Shown here in pieces: positions 50,443-62,799 of a stretch of 64,000 bases of DNA. Position 1 is the stretch's first letter; the number at the start of each line of letters is the position of its first letter. The stretch is taken from contig CM059432.1 of NCBI GenBank assembly GCA_030390025.1, forward strand, positions 63,242,001-63,306,000, read 5' to 3'. Under the pieces are notes generated by a model. The model was given only the letters and a program-made list of their open reading frames with translations. It did no database searches and was not told where the DNA came from. The translations under genes and the position numbers were made by a program. Origin of the DNA: Squalus acanthias (lineage: Eukaryota).

Positions 50443-52159
50443 ATTATGCAAATTATTGTGCCTTGTGTTTACATGACAAAAAAAAACTTTGCCAATGAAC
50501 TCTTAGGGGTGACTATGATCTTTTTACTGTGATTGATGTGGTTTGAAGAGAAACATATGCCATTCTGAATGACAATGTCTATTGAAATGTTTGTCAACAA
50601 TAATGCTCATACTGTGTGAATGCTTACTATAACTCTAATATATTAAAAGTATTGTGTATGCATGCACTTCCTGTCAAGTAGCATTTCATTACTTCCTCCT
50701 TCCACATTTTTTCTGTCTATTTCCATTATGCCTGTCTCTCATGCTTTGCTGCCACACATTTGTGTTGTGACTAAACTTACCTATTTGTTTTTCTTAACTC
50801 TAATTGAGTCCTCCAAGCTTGGTCCCAAAGGTAGGTGACACTCCTGCTTACTTATCTCTGAGACCTTCCAGCTATTAGCTAAGAGAAGTGACACCATGGT
50901 GCTGTTCTCCATAGCACTGCTCACCTGAAATTGGCCCTCCTGATGCTGTCTGACCCCTCCCCATTGCCCCTTCTCAAGGCTGCCACTAACTCTTGCTGCT
51001 GCCATCATCTCCCTCCACCTCCATACATAAATCAACCACCGACCACAAGCCCACACTTAACATTGAGCTGCCACTTTCCTCCTTCATGACTGAACCCTTC
51101 TCACCATGACCTCCAATCCAGCCTTGAGCCCCAATTCCTGAGGTCTCAGGTTGTCTCCTCTCCAGTAGCGCCAAAAGCCAATGCCAGGAGCCAGCTTAAA
51201 GTTTTTCAAGGGCAGTCATCAGTTTTAAAATCATTGCCTTTAAATGTGCTAAAAGCACTCCAAGAACTTTAATCCAAATGAGAAGACGGCCTTCAGCATT
51301 ATAGGGGAACAAGCCTTGAGGTTGGGTCATGTTTGTGGGAATCTGGGCAGGAGTCTGGTCAGGGCTGGGTGAGGAGGGAATTTATGGAAAGGTTTTCACA
51401 GCATTGGGAAGACCCGTTGTTATGTTTCGGGATCATTTCCAACCTTCTAATCCAGGTTATTTTGACTCACATACTTAGAACACTCTCATGAGTAAGTCCC
51501 AAGTTCCCAAACCTTCGAGACTATCTATCTTTCCCTTGAGATTTAGGTAAGCTTTCAGTAATGCATCTGGGAAACAAACAGTAATCTCTGTTGAATAATT
51601 ACTTTTAGCTATTGAAGTTATGACTTCTATAGATATGACTCCAGTTCTTCAAAAGTAGTAGAGCATCATATCAGGTCTTTATTTAAGTTTACAATATTGA
51701 ACAAATTAATTTTAGAAAGGATATGTAAATAAAAATCATATAATAGACATACAATTATGGTAGACATTCTTCCACGCCAAGCACCAAGACACAAACTGGG
51801 ATCTGCCTGATTTAGATAGTGAGTTTGAGGGGGGTCCACGGAGATTCATCGAGCACAAGTGAGCTGGAAGGCAGAGGGAAGAAGTAACTGTAGGGCCAGC
51901 TCACATCTTAGCTCTGCTTAAGAGGACAGAAATGCAGACTTCAGGAGTACAGCATTTAAAAAAAGGATGATTTCTGTGCACCAGCAATTGCTGAAGTCAT
52001 AGGGCTGCCTGCTAGGGAACTTCCAAAACATGTTAGGTAAATAGTTGTGAGTTTTCATGCATGGCATCGACAATCTGCAGTCAGCCATGGAGTATGTGGT
52101 CACCTTAAGGCCTATTTCAGCTGAGCCCCCCTGCAGGAATCTGATACACCAGTAATAGT

Positions 52160-53252
52160 GGCCGCGATTTCCCCTACCTCGGCGGGTCCAGGGCGGGCGA
52201 CATCAGTGACGGGTCCTGACCCCACTGCTGGCTCCAGTCCGCTCTGTAGAATGATTTTACGTTGATTGGGCTTGTTAAGCCTGCCCAGCGCGTTTGCCGG
52301 CCAATTGAAGGAAGCGGGTCTGATGACGTCATTTGATGACGCATCATCAGTCGGTTTCCTTAAAGGGACCTTGCGTAAATTGATTTTGACAGTTGTGCTG
52401 TCTGTGTTCTACAGCATTGTGGTGCTGCAAACACTGACAAGCACTGCACAGAGGTGCACGGCTGCACCCAGGCTCTCCCATGACTCCCTCCATATGCTTA
52501 TGGAGAGAGTCACAGCACGCAGGGAGGTTCTCTTCCCTTCCAATGGGCAGAAGAGACCTCCCCAGGAGACCAACACAGCCTGGTTGCACATTGCACAGGA
52601 GGACACAAGCAGGGATGTTGTCAGGAGGACCAGGCTGCAGTGGCGCAAACCTTTCAATGATCTCAGCAGATCACGAAACGTTACTGCAAAGCCACACTCA
52701 ACCTCATCCTGCTGTGCCACTCATCACATCCCCATCACTCTGCACTCCCCTCCCCTACTCCTGCACATCCTTACACACACCAACTTACCTTGCACCTCCA
52801 CCCATCCCTCTCTATCTACATTATCACTTCCCCATCTCACTAGCCACCCCTCACACTCACCCTCATCCTAGTGCAATTATACCAACTAACAACACACAAG
52901 GGCAGGCACTTGTGTGTTTTAGCCAATGTTCATGTAAAGTTTCTGTTAATGTGGTGTCAAACATTGAAACTTTTATTTTCAACACTGCGTTCTTGGACAG
53001 ATCTGTGTGCACCTTTGGAAGTGGCTTAGAGATCTCAAAACACTTTTTAATGGGCTGTTAACAAGGCCATAATGACCTGAATTGCCTCTCCCGCCGCTGC
53101 GTATCGGGTCTGTTCAGCCCTGACAGACCCAACATCTGGGAAAGTCGCGTGGCGGCGGGTTGACAGTGGGGTCCCGACCCGCTGTCAAATTTTTTTTCCC
53201 CCACCTGACCTGCCATCAAACGCGCCCACTGACCCCCCGAAAAACTCCCCCC
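52160..53252 (+). mobile_element. Harbinger derivative retaining Myb/SANT exon 1
   Basis: AAPRLSHDSLHMLMERVTARREVLFP..TAWLHIAQE..RRTRLQWRKPFNDL followed by a CA-rich intron like 325-609. Ends GGCCGCGATTT / AAAAACTCCCCCC with AGT/ATT flanks. Confidence 0.8.
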
Positions 53253-54055
53253 ATTAAGTCTCAGGGATACTCGTACTGGAGACGTGCAGCCTCTGGGCTC
53301 AACCATCCCTTCCACCTTGGATAGGATGGGAGATCAAATGGATAGGAACTTCACTTTTGCTCAATGGTCTCCTAGATGGGCCAGACTGTCCTGCCAAACA
53401 TGGAGTTGTTGCAGCCTGCAGCTGGGCCCTCTTGAGCTCCTAGAGGATGTCGACCATGAACATCTCATGAACCCTTGATTGAGCTATAGCAGTCCATCTC
53501 CTCCTATGTGGCAGCCTCTGGGGCAAAGCAACTCACAGAAGCACTAGGGTAGGTAAAAGATTACGTTAGCCAGGCATTAATGGCTCACACCAGGATAATG
53601 CGTAGGGGGAGATCTTCATGGGTCCGCAAGCATACGACTGAATCACCTGGGTGCAGCAAGTAAAGGAAAATCAGGCAGGTCGGAGTGCACATCTGTAAAG
53701 GAGCTTTCCTAATTTTCCTACCGTTTAAGTTAATGGAAGGAACTCGGGTTTGTTCCTTTACAGACACATGTTCTGACCAGGCTGCTTTTCTGATAATTGC
53801 TACACCCAAGTAATCCAGTACACGTGGAAAATTACCCTTATACTGTGTAGGCCTTTCTGTAATCCAGTAAAACCAAAATGCTATTTGAAGCCTTTTTGTG
53901 CAGAGAATGTGCGGTGACAGTAAGAGAAGTTTTGGCATTTGGGCAGAAGCTGTTGATTGTATGGGGAAGGACCGGGCCAGATGTTGGACATGACTGTCAA
54001 TGCAGGGGACTTCTCATTATTCAGCTGAAGTGCTCTTCAATGAGCTGCTGCTAAC

Positions 54056-54820
54056 GGGCCAGAAATTCGGCTCTTGTCAGGTGAGTACGCGCTGTGTACT
54101 CACCCGTAAGGCCACCTGAAGTGCCGGTTTCCTGCATGCACTGCGCATGCGCGGGAAACCGGAACTTCCGTTCCCCTGAAGGATGGGGTTCAGAAGTCGA
54201 ACGCGTGCGCGGGAGAGGCTGCGCGCACGCAGCGAACTGCAGGTTTTTTTTTCAGGTTTCTCCGGGAGGGTAAGTATGGAGAAGCTGCACTTTTAAAAAG
54301 GAGGCGCAAGGCCTGTTTCTAACAAGGTAAGTGGTTAATTAATTACAATTTAAACATTTTTTCAACAGGTTTATCTTTTTTAGATACTTTAAAGAAAAGT
54401 AAGTTTATTTTTAGCACCGTTAAAAAGTATAATTAATTTTTGCAAAAATTTAAATTTTTGTTTAAAGTAGTTAATTTATGTAACTTATAGTTATTTTAAA
54501 AATGTGATGTTTTAAAAACATTTATTTGAAGTTTAAGTGTGGTTTTGGGGCCGATCTCTATTCATAGATTTGACAGGCCTTCCTGTCAAATCTATGAATG
54601 AAAATGCCCTGCTAGGATTGGCTCTCCATGGCCCACATGATCCCAGGGGACGCTTCGAACTAGCTGTGCCCCTGGGATACACAAGCACTGCTCGCCGGCA
54701 GCTGGAGGAGGCCCAGGAGTCGAAGTCCTCGTGGGCCCAAAGCACAACGGCAGGCGCGGTAGGCAAGTACACGCGCGATGCTTGCACCCGCAGGAAGCCG
54801 GAAAGCCGAATTTCTGGCCT
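54056..54820. mobile_element. Harbinger-type MITE (hairpin family), reverse orientation to 9111-9852
   Basis: TIR GGCCAGAAATTCGGCT / AGCCGAATTTCTGGCC with the same hairpins and AT-rich core; no clean TSD. Confidence 0.8.
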
Positions 54821-55260
54821 GTTATTTTGTGGGGCGGGGTGGTGGGAGGCGGGGAGTGACTTCTGGACTTCTAGGTGAGATGAACTATTTTACACCTGCT
54901 ACCAGCTCATTTACAGGCAGGAAGGAGACAAAAATCACCTGCTATGGACCTCAGTCTTAATTTTTTGTTAAATCTCCCTCTACATTTTTCTTCTTCTGGC
55001 TGTAAATTTTTGCAAGTTTGATTTTATTTCATGTTAGTGTCTCCATGTGCTGTTGTGAAATGTTGAAAGTCTGGTACCATTCCTTATGTTACAAGAACTG
55101 AGTTGATATCATACTGTTAGTAATTTATTTCTCTGCTATCTTAACTAAGGGGTGAATCTATTTGTTTTAAATGTGTTGTAACATTTTAGGACCTTTTGCC
55201 TTTATGACCTGGAAGGGATTTTGTGGGGATATCAGATGGAACCACCATTATAGACAGCAG

Positions 55261-57088
55261 GGGGGAAAAATTTGTGTTCGCCAGCAAAGTTGCCGGTGTC
55301 ACCAGCAACTGCAGTTAACGGCCGCTGGAAATGGCCGCAACGCTAACCGAGTGAAATTGGTCTGGGGGCATGGAGATAGGTGGCACAGTGCTCACCTTCT
55401 GGTGACATTGCTGGAGGGATTCAGGACGAAGTTTCTGTCCAGGTCCGGCGTTGCATCTTCCCACAGCCTCTGTGAACGAAGCTGTGGAGCTCTCAAGGAA
55501 TTGTGGGTAATGAAGAGATCTGAGAATTAAAGGGGCCATGCACACTGAAGCAATACAAAATAAAATGCAGTGAATCAATACATTTTTCAGCCCTTTCTGC
55601 CTTTTAAAAAATATTCAACATTTAAAAGTTCCAAATGTGAATATTCAGTTGTTAAAGCTGAATTACCTTCCTAACCTCAACAAATGGGAAGAGTGCCTCA
55701 GCACTAACACAAATGGCTCAGCAAGCCAGGGAAGGGGCACCCAGGGTCTCGCACTCAGCACTCCAGCTTTGTGCAGGGGGGTCAACACTGCAAGACATGT
55801 CCTCTACCCACAGGGGCCAGGAGGCCCTCCAGAAAGAACGATGTGAGAGTGCATCACTAAGGCCATCACTGCCAGCAGTGTCACTCTCCACCACCTGGCT
55901 CCAGTGCCCAAAGAAGCTTCATGACCTCAGACCACTGGTCAAGGTCAGTGAATGCATCTTCAAAAGCCGTCTCCTACCAACTGCACCACTAGCCTCACAC
56001 ACTGTTGAATGCACGACCCCTAATCACTCACCTACCAACAATCTGCACCAATGACGAGGCACATCTCCCATTCCTAGCCTCACCTCACCCTCTTGGAGGA
56101 GACAGTGCATGCCATTCTTGGCAGGGGCATGGTTGAGCCCTTGGCCAGTGGCGGGGCAGAAAGGATACAAGATGCTGGTATCCTTGTATGTTATCCTCCT
56201 TCTGGCATGCACCTCTTGCTTTCCCACCCTCCCGTCAGCACAACTCCACCCTTGTGCCTTCCTCATTTCACACACCCAAAAAATGCAGCCTGCCCAGCCA
56301 GTGGGTCAACAAGAAGAGGCAGTCTGTCCAGCCAATGGGACCGCAGGCGGATGATTCCATCCTGGATATCTCGGCCACAAAGGGGCTGTCTGGGATGCAT
56401 CCTTTTGTCTGATTCCTCCTCTTTGGCTTCCTCCTCTTCTACGTCTTCCTCTTCCTTCTGCAAGCAGATGCTGTAAATGTGAAATGACAACATAAAATGC
56501 TGGAAATACTCAGATGGTCAGGCAGCATGTTGACCTGAGACGTGAAATCTGTTTTTCTCTCCACAGATGTTGCATGACCTGCTGAGTATTCGCAGCATGT
56601 TCTGCCTTCTCAAAGGCCTTCATTTACCATCCGAGCCCTTGCAAGTGTCCAGCAGCACTCCCTACACACTTAAAAACCTTTTCACATCGATTGCAGCAAG
56701 CCACCACTTCAATAAAATCAAAAAACGCAGTCCAAACCCTTAAATTCAAATTTACCTGAATGATGAGTGTGTCCCTTTAAGAGCTGCAGACTTCGCCACT
56801 GTCAGCCACTGTCAGCCTGCTTGCACAGCAGGTTAACCTGTTGTGCTTATGGCCCAGCGCTGAATTTAGCGCTAGGGTCGAAGTTCGCATCGGTGGCGTT
56901 AAGTCGGCATTGCACGCCGATTGGTGTCACCATGCTGCCACTTTTTTTTGCAGAGCGCAGCACCATGGAGGAGAGGAATATGGCGGCCGCCGTGGGACCC
57001 GCCACCAGCTGGCGAAAGAGCGGCGGCCACATTTTATCACCATTTCATGGCACTATGGAGTGGCGGTAAGTACATGAATTACCAACCC
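55261..57088. mobile_element. Harbinger deletion derivative related to the 247-3744 element
   Basis: TSD CAG. Myb exon-1 remnant MAQQAREGAPR...LHDLRPLVK|GTCAGT on +. The right subterminal 56980-57035 matches 3630-3690. Confidence 0.78.
56464..56606. mobile_element. Older inverted family-2 pLTR insertion
   Basis: A minus piece (CAGATGCTG..AAATGCTGGAAATACTCAG) is joined to a plus piece (GACCTGAGACG..CTCTCCACAGATG..GCTGAGTATT). Confidence 0.65.
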
Positions 57089-57334
57089 CAGTTTCTTTTT
57101 TTTTACATGTTATATTAGTTGTGAGATAATGAGGGTAGTTAAGGCCTAGTCCTCGGTATATCCAGTATTTTAGAATGGATTTCCAATCAATATGCCCAGA
57201 AGGAGGCTTAGCTGTACACACATACTAGTGCTGCAAGTTTCCACACCAAGTGAGTGGCTTTTCATTCAAGGTGATAAGTTTAACTAAGAGCTCAGAAGAC
57301 CAATCGTTGACACTTAGACTTGAGGAAGGGGTCA

Positions 57335-58875
57335 GAGAACATTCTTTGTTCCAGTCCTACTCAGGTCCCCTCCCTCATCTCTTTTTCCGGTACATTGATG
57401 AATGTATCGGTGCCGTTTCCTGCTCTCACCCTGAACTAGAATATTTCACTCACTTCGCTTCCAATTTCCACACTTCCCTCACCTTCACATGGTATATCTC
57501 TGACTCTTCCCTTCCCTTCCTTGGTACATCTCCGACTCTTCCCTTCCCTTCCTCGACTTCTCTGTCTCCATTTCTGGGGATAGGCTATCGACAAACATCC
57601 ACTATAAGCCCACTGACTCCCACAGCTACCTGGACTACACTTCCTCCCACCCCGCTTCATGTAAGGACTCTATTCCATTCTCCCAGTTTCTCTGTCTCCG
57701 TCGCATCTGCTCTGCGATGCCACCTTCCATACTAGTGCTTCCGACATGTCTTCCTTTTTCCTCAACTGAGGATTCCCTTCTACTGTGGTTGACGTGGCCC
57801 TTGACCGTGTCCATTCTATTTCCTGCACTTCTGCTCTCACCCCTTCCCCTCCTTCCCAGAACCACAATAGGGTTCCCCTTGTCCTCACCGTCCACTCCAC
57901 CAGCCTTCACATTCAACGGATCATCCTCCGCCATTTCCGCCACCTCCAGCATGATCCCACCATCAAACACATCTTCCCCTCCCCTCCCCTTTCAGCATTC
58001 CAAAGGGACCGCTCCTTCCGCGACACCCTAGTCCACTCCTCTACCACCCCCAACACCCCTTCCCCTTCCCACGGTACCTTCCCATGCAAGCGCAGGACAT
58101 GCAATGCCTGCCCTTTTACCTCCTCCCTTCCCACTGTCCAGGGCCCCAAATACTCCTTCCAGGTGAAACAGTGATTTACTTGTACTTCTTGCAATTTAGT
58201 ATACTGTATTCGCTGCTCACGACACGGTCTCCTCTACATTGGGGAGACCAAACGCAGATTGGGTGACCGATTTCTGGAACACCTCCGTTCAGTCCGTAAG
58301 TGTGACCCCGAGCTTCTGGTCACCTGTCACTTTAATTCTCTGCTCCACTCCCACTCTGACCTCTCCGTCCTCGGCCTCTTACACTGTTCCAACGAAGCTC
58401 AACATAAGCTTGAGGAACAGCACCTCATATTTCGATTAGGCACTTTACAGCCTTCTGGACTCAACATCGAGTTCAACAATTTCAGACCATAACCTCTGAC
58501 CCTATTTTTTTTCACATGGCAGCTGTTGATGATTCTGCCATTCCCAGTTACGCCTCATCTAGAGTCATCTTTTGTTTCTTAACTTGTCCCATTAACATCT
58601 CCTTTTGCCTTGCACCATCATCTCTTTTGTCTTTTAATCTCTCCTGCCTTCCATCCTATCACAGACCTTCCCTTTTGTTCTTTCCTCCCCCCTTTCACTG
58701 CACTTGCTTAAAAATCTGTTACATCTCTAACTTTTTTCCAGTTCGGACAAAAGGTTATCGACCTGAAACGTTTACTCTGTTTCTCTCTCCACAGATGCTA
58801 CCTGACCTGCTGAGTATTTCTAGCATTTTCTGTTTTTATTTCAGATTTCCTGCATCTGCAGTATTTTGCTTTTGT
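57335..58875 (+). mobile_element. Penelope-like family 2, 5'-truncated, decayed
   Basis: FFRYIDE, YIGETKRRLGDRF and LQPSGLNIEFNNFR; 3' pLTR; ~30-bp internal tandem duplication near 57492-57552. Confidence 0.9.
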
Positions 58876-59394
58876 TCTGGTAGTCTTGTTTCTTTCTCTC
58901 CCTCTGGAGAAGCAGTCTGGAACAGTGAGAGACACACAGAGATGTCTCTGTCTCTCTCACTATCTCTAGCCAGTCAGTGTGACTCAGACACTCCGGGCTC
59001 TGGTATTAACATGCAGTCTGTAGCAAAGGAAGTCAGCTGCTAGTTAGCTCATGGGCAGATAATTTGCAAGTGAGTTTGGCCTATAATAGTGGCAGGGTCA
59101 TATATTTTGTTACTTCCTTTACAAAGAGCAGTAATGAATTGATTGAATCTTTGCTTGAAAAGTGTATTCTTTGCATTCACATATTTCAGATAAAATAAAA
59201 CAATTTATTGGTATATCATTTCTTGAATCATACCTTGTCCTTACGCCTTCCATAAAGACGTGATAGCATGTGCGAGATCATAGTATCAACTATACGTAAC
59301 AACTAGATATTGAGCAGAAAAGGTGCATTCCTGATCATAGGGAAGATGTGGTGTACTTACAGGGGTGACCAGCGATGCTGAACATGAATACTGG

Positions 59395-62391
59395 TGAGGT
59401 CGATGGTTCCTCTGGGAAGTACAGCCAGAGCCAAGTCACGGCACCATGGGTGGCTCAGCTGTACGGCGGTGGGAGGAGAAAAATCTGGAAAGCAATAGTG
59501 ATAGGAGATTCAATAGTTAGGGGAATAGACAGGTGTTTCTGCGGCTGCAGACGTGATTCCAGGATTGTATGTTGCCTCCCTGGTGCCAGGGTCAAGGATG
59601 TCACTGAGCAGAACATTCTGAGGGGGGAGGGTGAACAGCCAGAGGTCGTGGTCCATATTGGTATCAACGACATAGGTAGAAAGAGGGATGAGGTCCTGCA
59701 AGCAGATTTTAGGGAGCTAGCAAAGAGATTAAAAAGCAAGACCTCAACAGGTATTAATCTCCAGATTACTCCTGGTGCCACGAGCTAGTGAGTATAGAAA
59801 TAGGAGGATGGAGCAGATGAATGCGTGGCTGGAGAGATGGTGCAGGAGGGAGGGCTTTAGATTCCTGGGACATTGGGACCGGTTCTGGGGGAGGTGGGAC
59901 CTGTACAGGCCGGACGGGTTGCACCTCAACAGAACTGGGACCAAGTCCTCGCGGGGGGTGGGGGGTTTGCTAGTGCTGTTGGGGAGGGTTTAAACTAATT
60001 TGGCAGGGGGATGGGCACCAGGTTGTAGAATTAGAAAGGAGAAACAAGGTGCACAAAGGATTGGGAGAGGCAGATAGCACTAGAGTAAGAAATAGTACGG
60101 TATTAGGTGGGGTCAGACTAAGAGAGAATACAAGAAGGTCTAAGATAGGTTTGGAGTGCCTGTGTGTAAATGCACGAAGCGTGGTAAACAAGGTCGGTGA
60201 GCTGCAGACGCAAGTAGCCACATGGGAATATGATGTCGTGGCGATAATGGAGAACTGGCTCAAAAAAGGGCAGGATTTGGTATTAAATATTCCTGGATAT
60301 AAGGTGTTCAGGAAAGATAGGGAAGGAAAGAAAGGAGGTGGTGTGGCAGTATTAATTAAGGACAATATTACAGTGCTGGAGAGAGAGGATGTCCTGGAGG
60401 GGTCAAGGACAGAATCTATTTGGTTAGAGTTGAGAAACAATGGAGGTGCGATTGCACTACTAGGTGTATTCTATAGGCCGCCAACTATTGAGAAAGATAT
60501 AGAGGAGCAAATTTTCAGGGAAATTACAGAGAGGTGCAAGAACTATAGGGTAGTCATAATGGGGGACTTCAACTATCCTAATATAGACTGGGATAGTAAT
60601 AGTGTAAAGGGTAGAGAGGGGGAAGAAATTATAAAGTGTGTTCAGAGAACTTTCTTGATCAGTGCGTTTCCAGCCCATCGAGGGAGGAGGCATTGCTGGA
60701 TCTGGTTCTGGGGAATGAGGTAGGTCAAGTGGAGCAAGTGTCAGTAGGGGAATGGTGATCATAGTATCATAAGGTTTAGATTAGCTATGGAAAAGGACAG
60801 GGAGCAATCTAGAGTAAAAATACTTAATTGAAGGAATGCCAGTTTTAAAGGGTTGAGAATGGATCTGGCCCGGGTAAATTGGAATCAAAGATCGGCAGGC
60901 AAAACTGTAATCGAACAATAGGATGCCTTTAAAGAGGAGATGGTTCGGGTACAGTCAAGGTACATTCCAACGAGGGGGAAAGGTAGGGCAACCAAAGTCA
61001 GAGCTCCCTGGATGATGAAAGAGATAGAGAGTAAGATGAAGCAGAAAAAGGGGGCGTATGACAGATGTCAGTTGAGAATACAAGTGAGAACAAGGCTGAA
61101 TATAGAAAGTTCAGAGGGGAAGTAAAAAAGGAAATAAGGGGGCAAAGAGAGAGTTGGAGAATAGATTGGCAGCTAACAAAAGGGAATACAAAAGTTTTCT
61201 ATAGGCATATAAATAATAAACGGGTAGTAAGAGGGGTGGGGCCGATTAGGGACCAAAAAGGAGACCTAAGCATGGAGGCAGAGGGCATGGCTGAGGTACT
61301 AAATGAGTACTTTGCATCTGTCTTCACCAAGGAAGAAAATGCTGCCAAAGTCATCGTGAAAGAGGAGGTAGTTGAGATACTGGACGGAATAAAAATTGAT
61401 AAAGAGGAAGTAGTAGAAAGGCTGATGGTACTTAAAGTATATAAGTCACCAGGATGCATCCGAGGATGCTGAGGGAAGTTAAAGTGGAAATTACGGAGGT
61501 ACTGGTCATAATCTTCCAATCCTCCTTAGATATGGGGGTGATGCCAGAGGACTGGAGAATTGTAATGTTACACCCTTGTTCAAAAAAGGATGTAAGGATA
61601 AACCCAGCAACTACAGGCCAGTCAGTTTAACCACAGTAGTGGGGAAGCTTTTAGAAATGATAATACGGGACAAAATTATCAGTCACTTGGACAAGTGTAG
61701 ATTAATTAAGGAAAGCCAGCAGGAATTTGTTAAAAGCAAATCATGTTTAACTAACTTGATCGAGTTTTTTGATGAGGTAACAGAAAGTGTTGATGAGGGC
61801 AATGCGGTTGATGTGGTGTATATGGACTTCCAAAAGGCGTTTGATGAAGTGCCACATAATAGGCTTGCCAGCAAAATTGAAGCCCATGGAATAAAAGGAA
61901 CAGTGGCAGCATGGATACAAAATTGGCTAAGTGACAGGAAACAGAGAGTAGTGGTGAACACTTGTTTTTCGAACTGGAGGAAGGTACACAGTGGTGTTCC
62001 CCAGGGGTCGGTACTAGGACCACTGCTTTTCTTGATATATATTAATGACTTGGACTTGGGTGTACAGGGCACAATTTCAAAATTTGCAGATAACACAAAA
62101 CTTGGAAGTATAGTGCACAGTGAGGAGGATAGTGATAGACTTCAAGAGGTCATAGACAGGTTGGTGGAATGGGCGGACACATGGCAGATGAAATTTAATG
62201 CAGAAAAAGGCAAAGTGATACATTTTGGTAGGAAGAACGAGGAGAGGCAATATAGACTAAAGGGTACAATTCTAAAGTGGGTGCATGAACAGAAAGCCCT
62301 TGGAGTATATGTGCACAAATCGTTGAAGGTGGCAGAGCAGGTTGAGATAGCGGTTAAAAAACATACGGGATCCTGGGCTTCATAAATAGAG
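59395..62391 (+). mobile_element. CR1 LINE with ORF1 (SGNH esterase) and ORF2 (APE + RT), 3' end missing
   Basis: AIVIGDSIVRG, LPGARV, VHIGINDI and DGLHLN are GDSL/SGNH blocks; CVNARS, FYRPP and GDFNYP mark APE; RT ORF 61576-62385. Confidence 0.92.
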
Positions 62392-62799
62392 GTCATGATG
62401 TGGAGATGCCGGCGTTGGACTGGGGTGGACAAAAATGAGAAGTCGCACAACACCAGGTTATAGTCCAACAGATTTATTTAATTTTACAAGCTTTCGAAGC
62501 AGTTCGCTCCTTCGTCAGGTAAGTTAGCAATGAGAGAATCTCCCAGAATTCACAATTTAAACCCAGACAAAATCTATTCACATTATTCCCTGCAACAAAG
62601 AGCACAGCCAAGACAATGAGATGTGTCCCAGGGGGTCCAACGTGTCAAACCACCTGCTGGCTGCATATCCTGTCAATTTGTGTTCTTGTGTTAGCCTTTT
62701 TAAAAAAAAAACACCTGGGAAGACCGGCCATGATGTCAAGTCACGTTCTGTATCGTGACATGAACCCGATATCGCCAAGTTCCGCACTCATGAGGATGG
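62392..62799 (-). mobile_element. Family-1 PLE 3' end (pLTR with intact hammerhead core) plus a short inverted ORF piece
   Basis: Matches 11985-12345. Minus strand CTGACGA-AGGAGCGAACTGCTTC-GAAA-GCTTGTA at 62485-62518. GCCAAGTTCCGCACTCATGAGGATGG (62774-62799) is in + orientation. Confidence 0.88.

Noticed and set aside
51750..53530. Flanks of the 52-kb Harbinger as possible DIRS or L1/Tx1 remnants
   Set aside because: Only vague resemblance; no diagnostic motif could be recovered.
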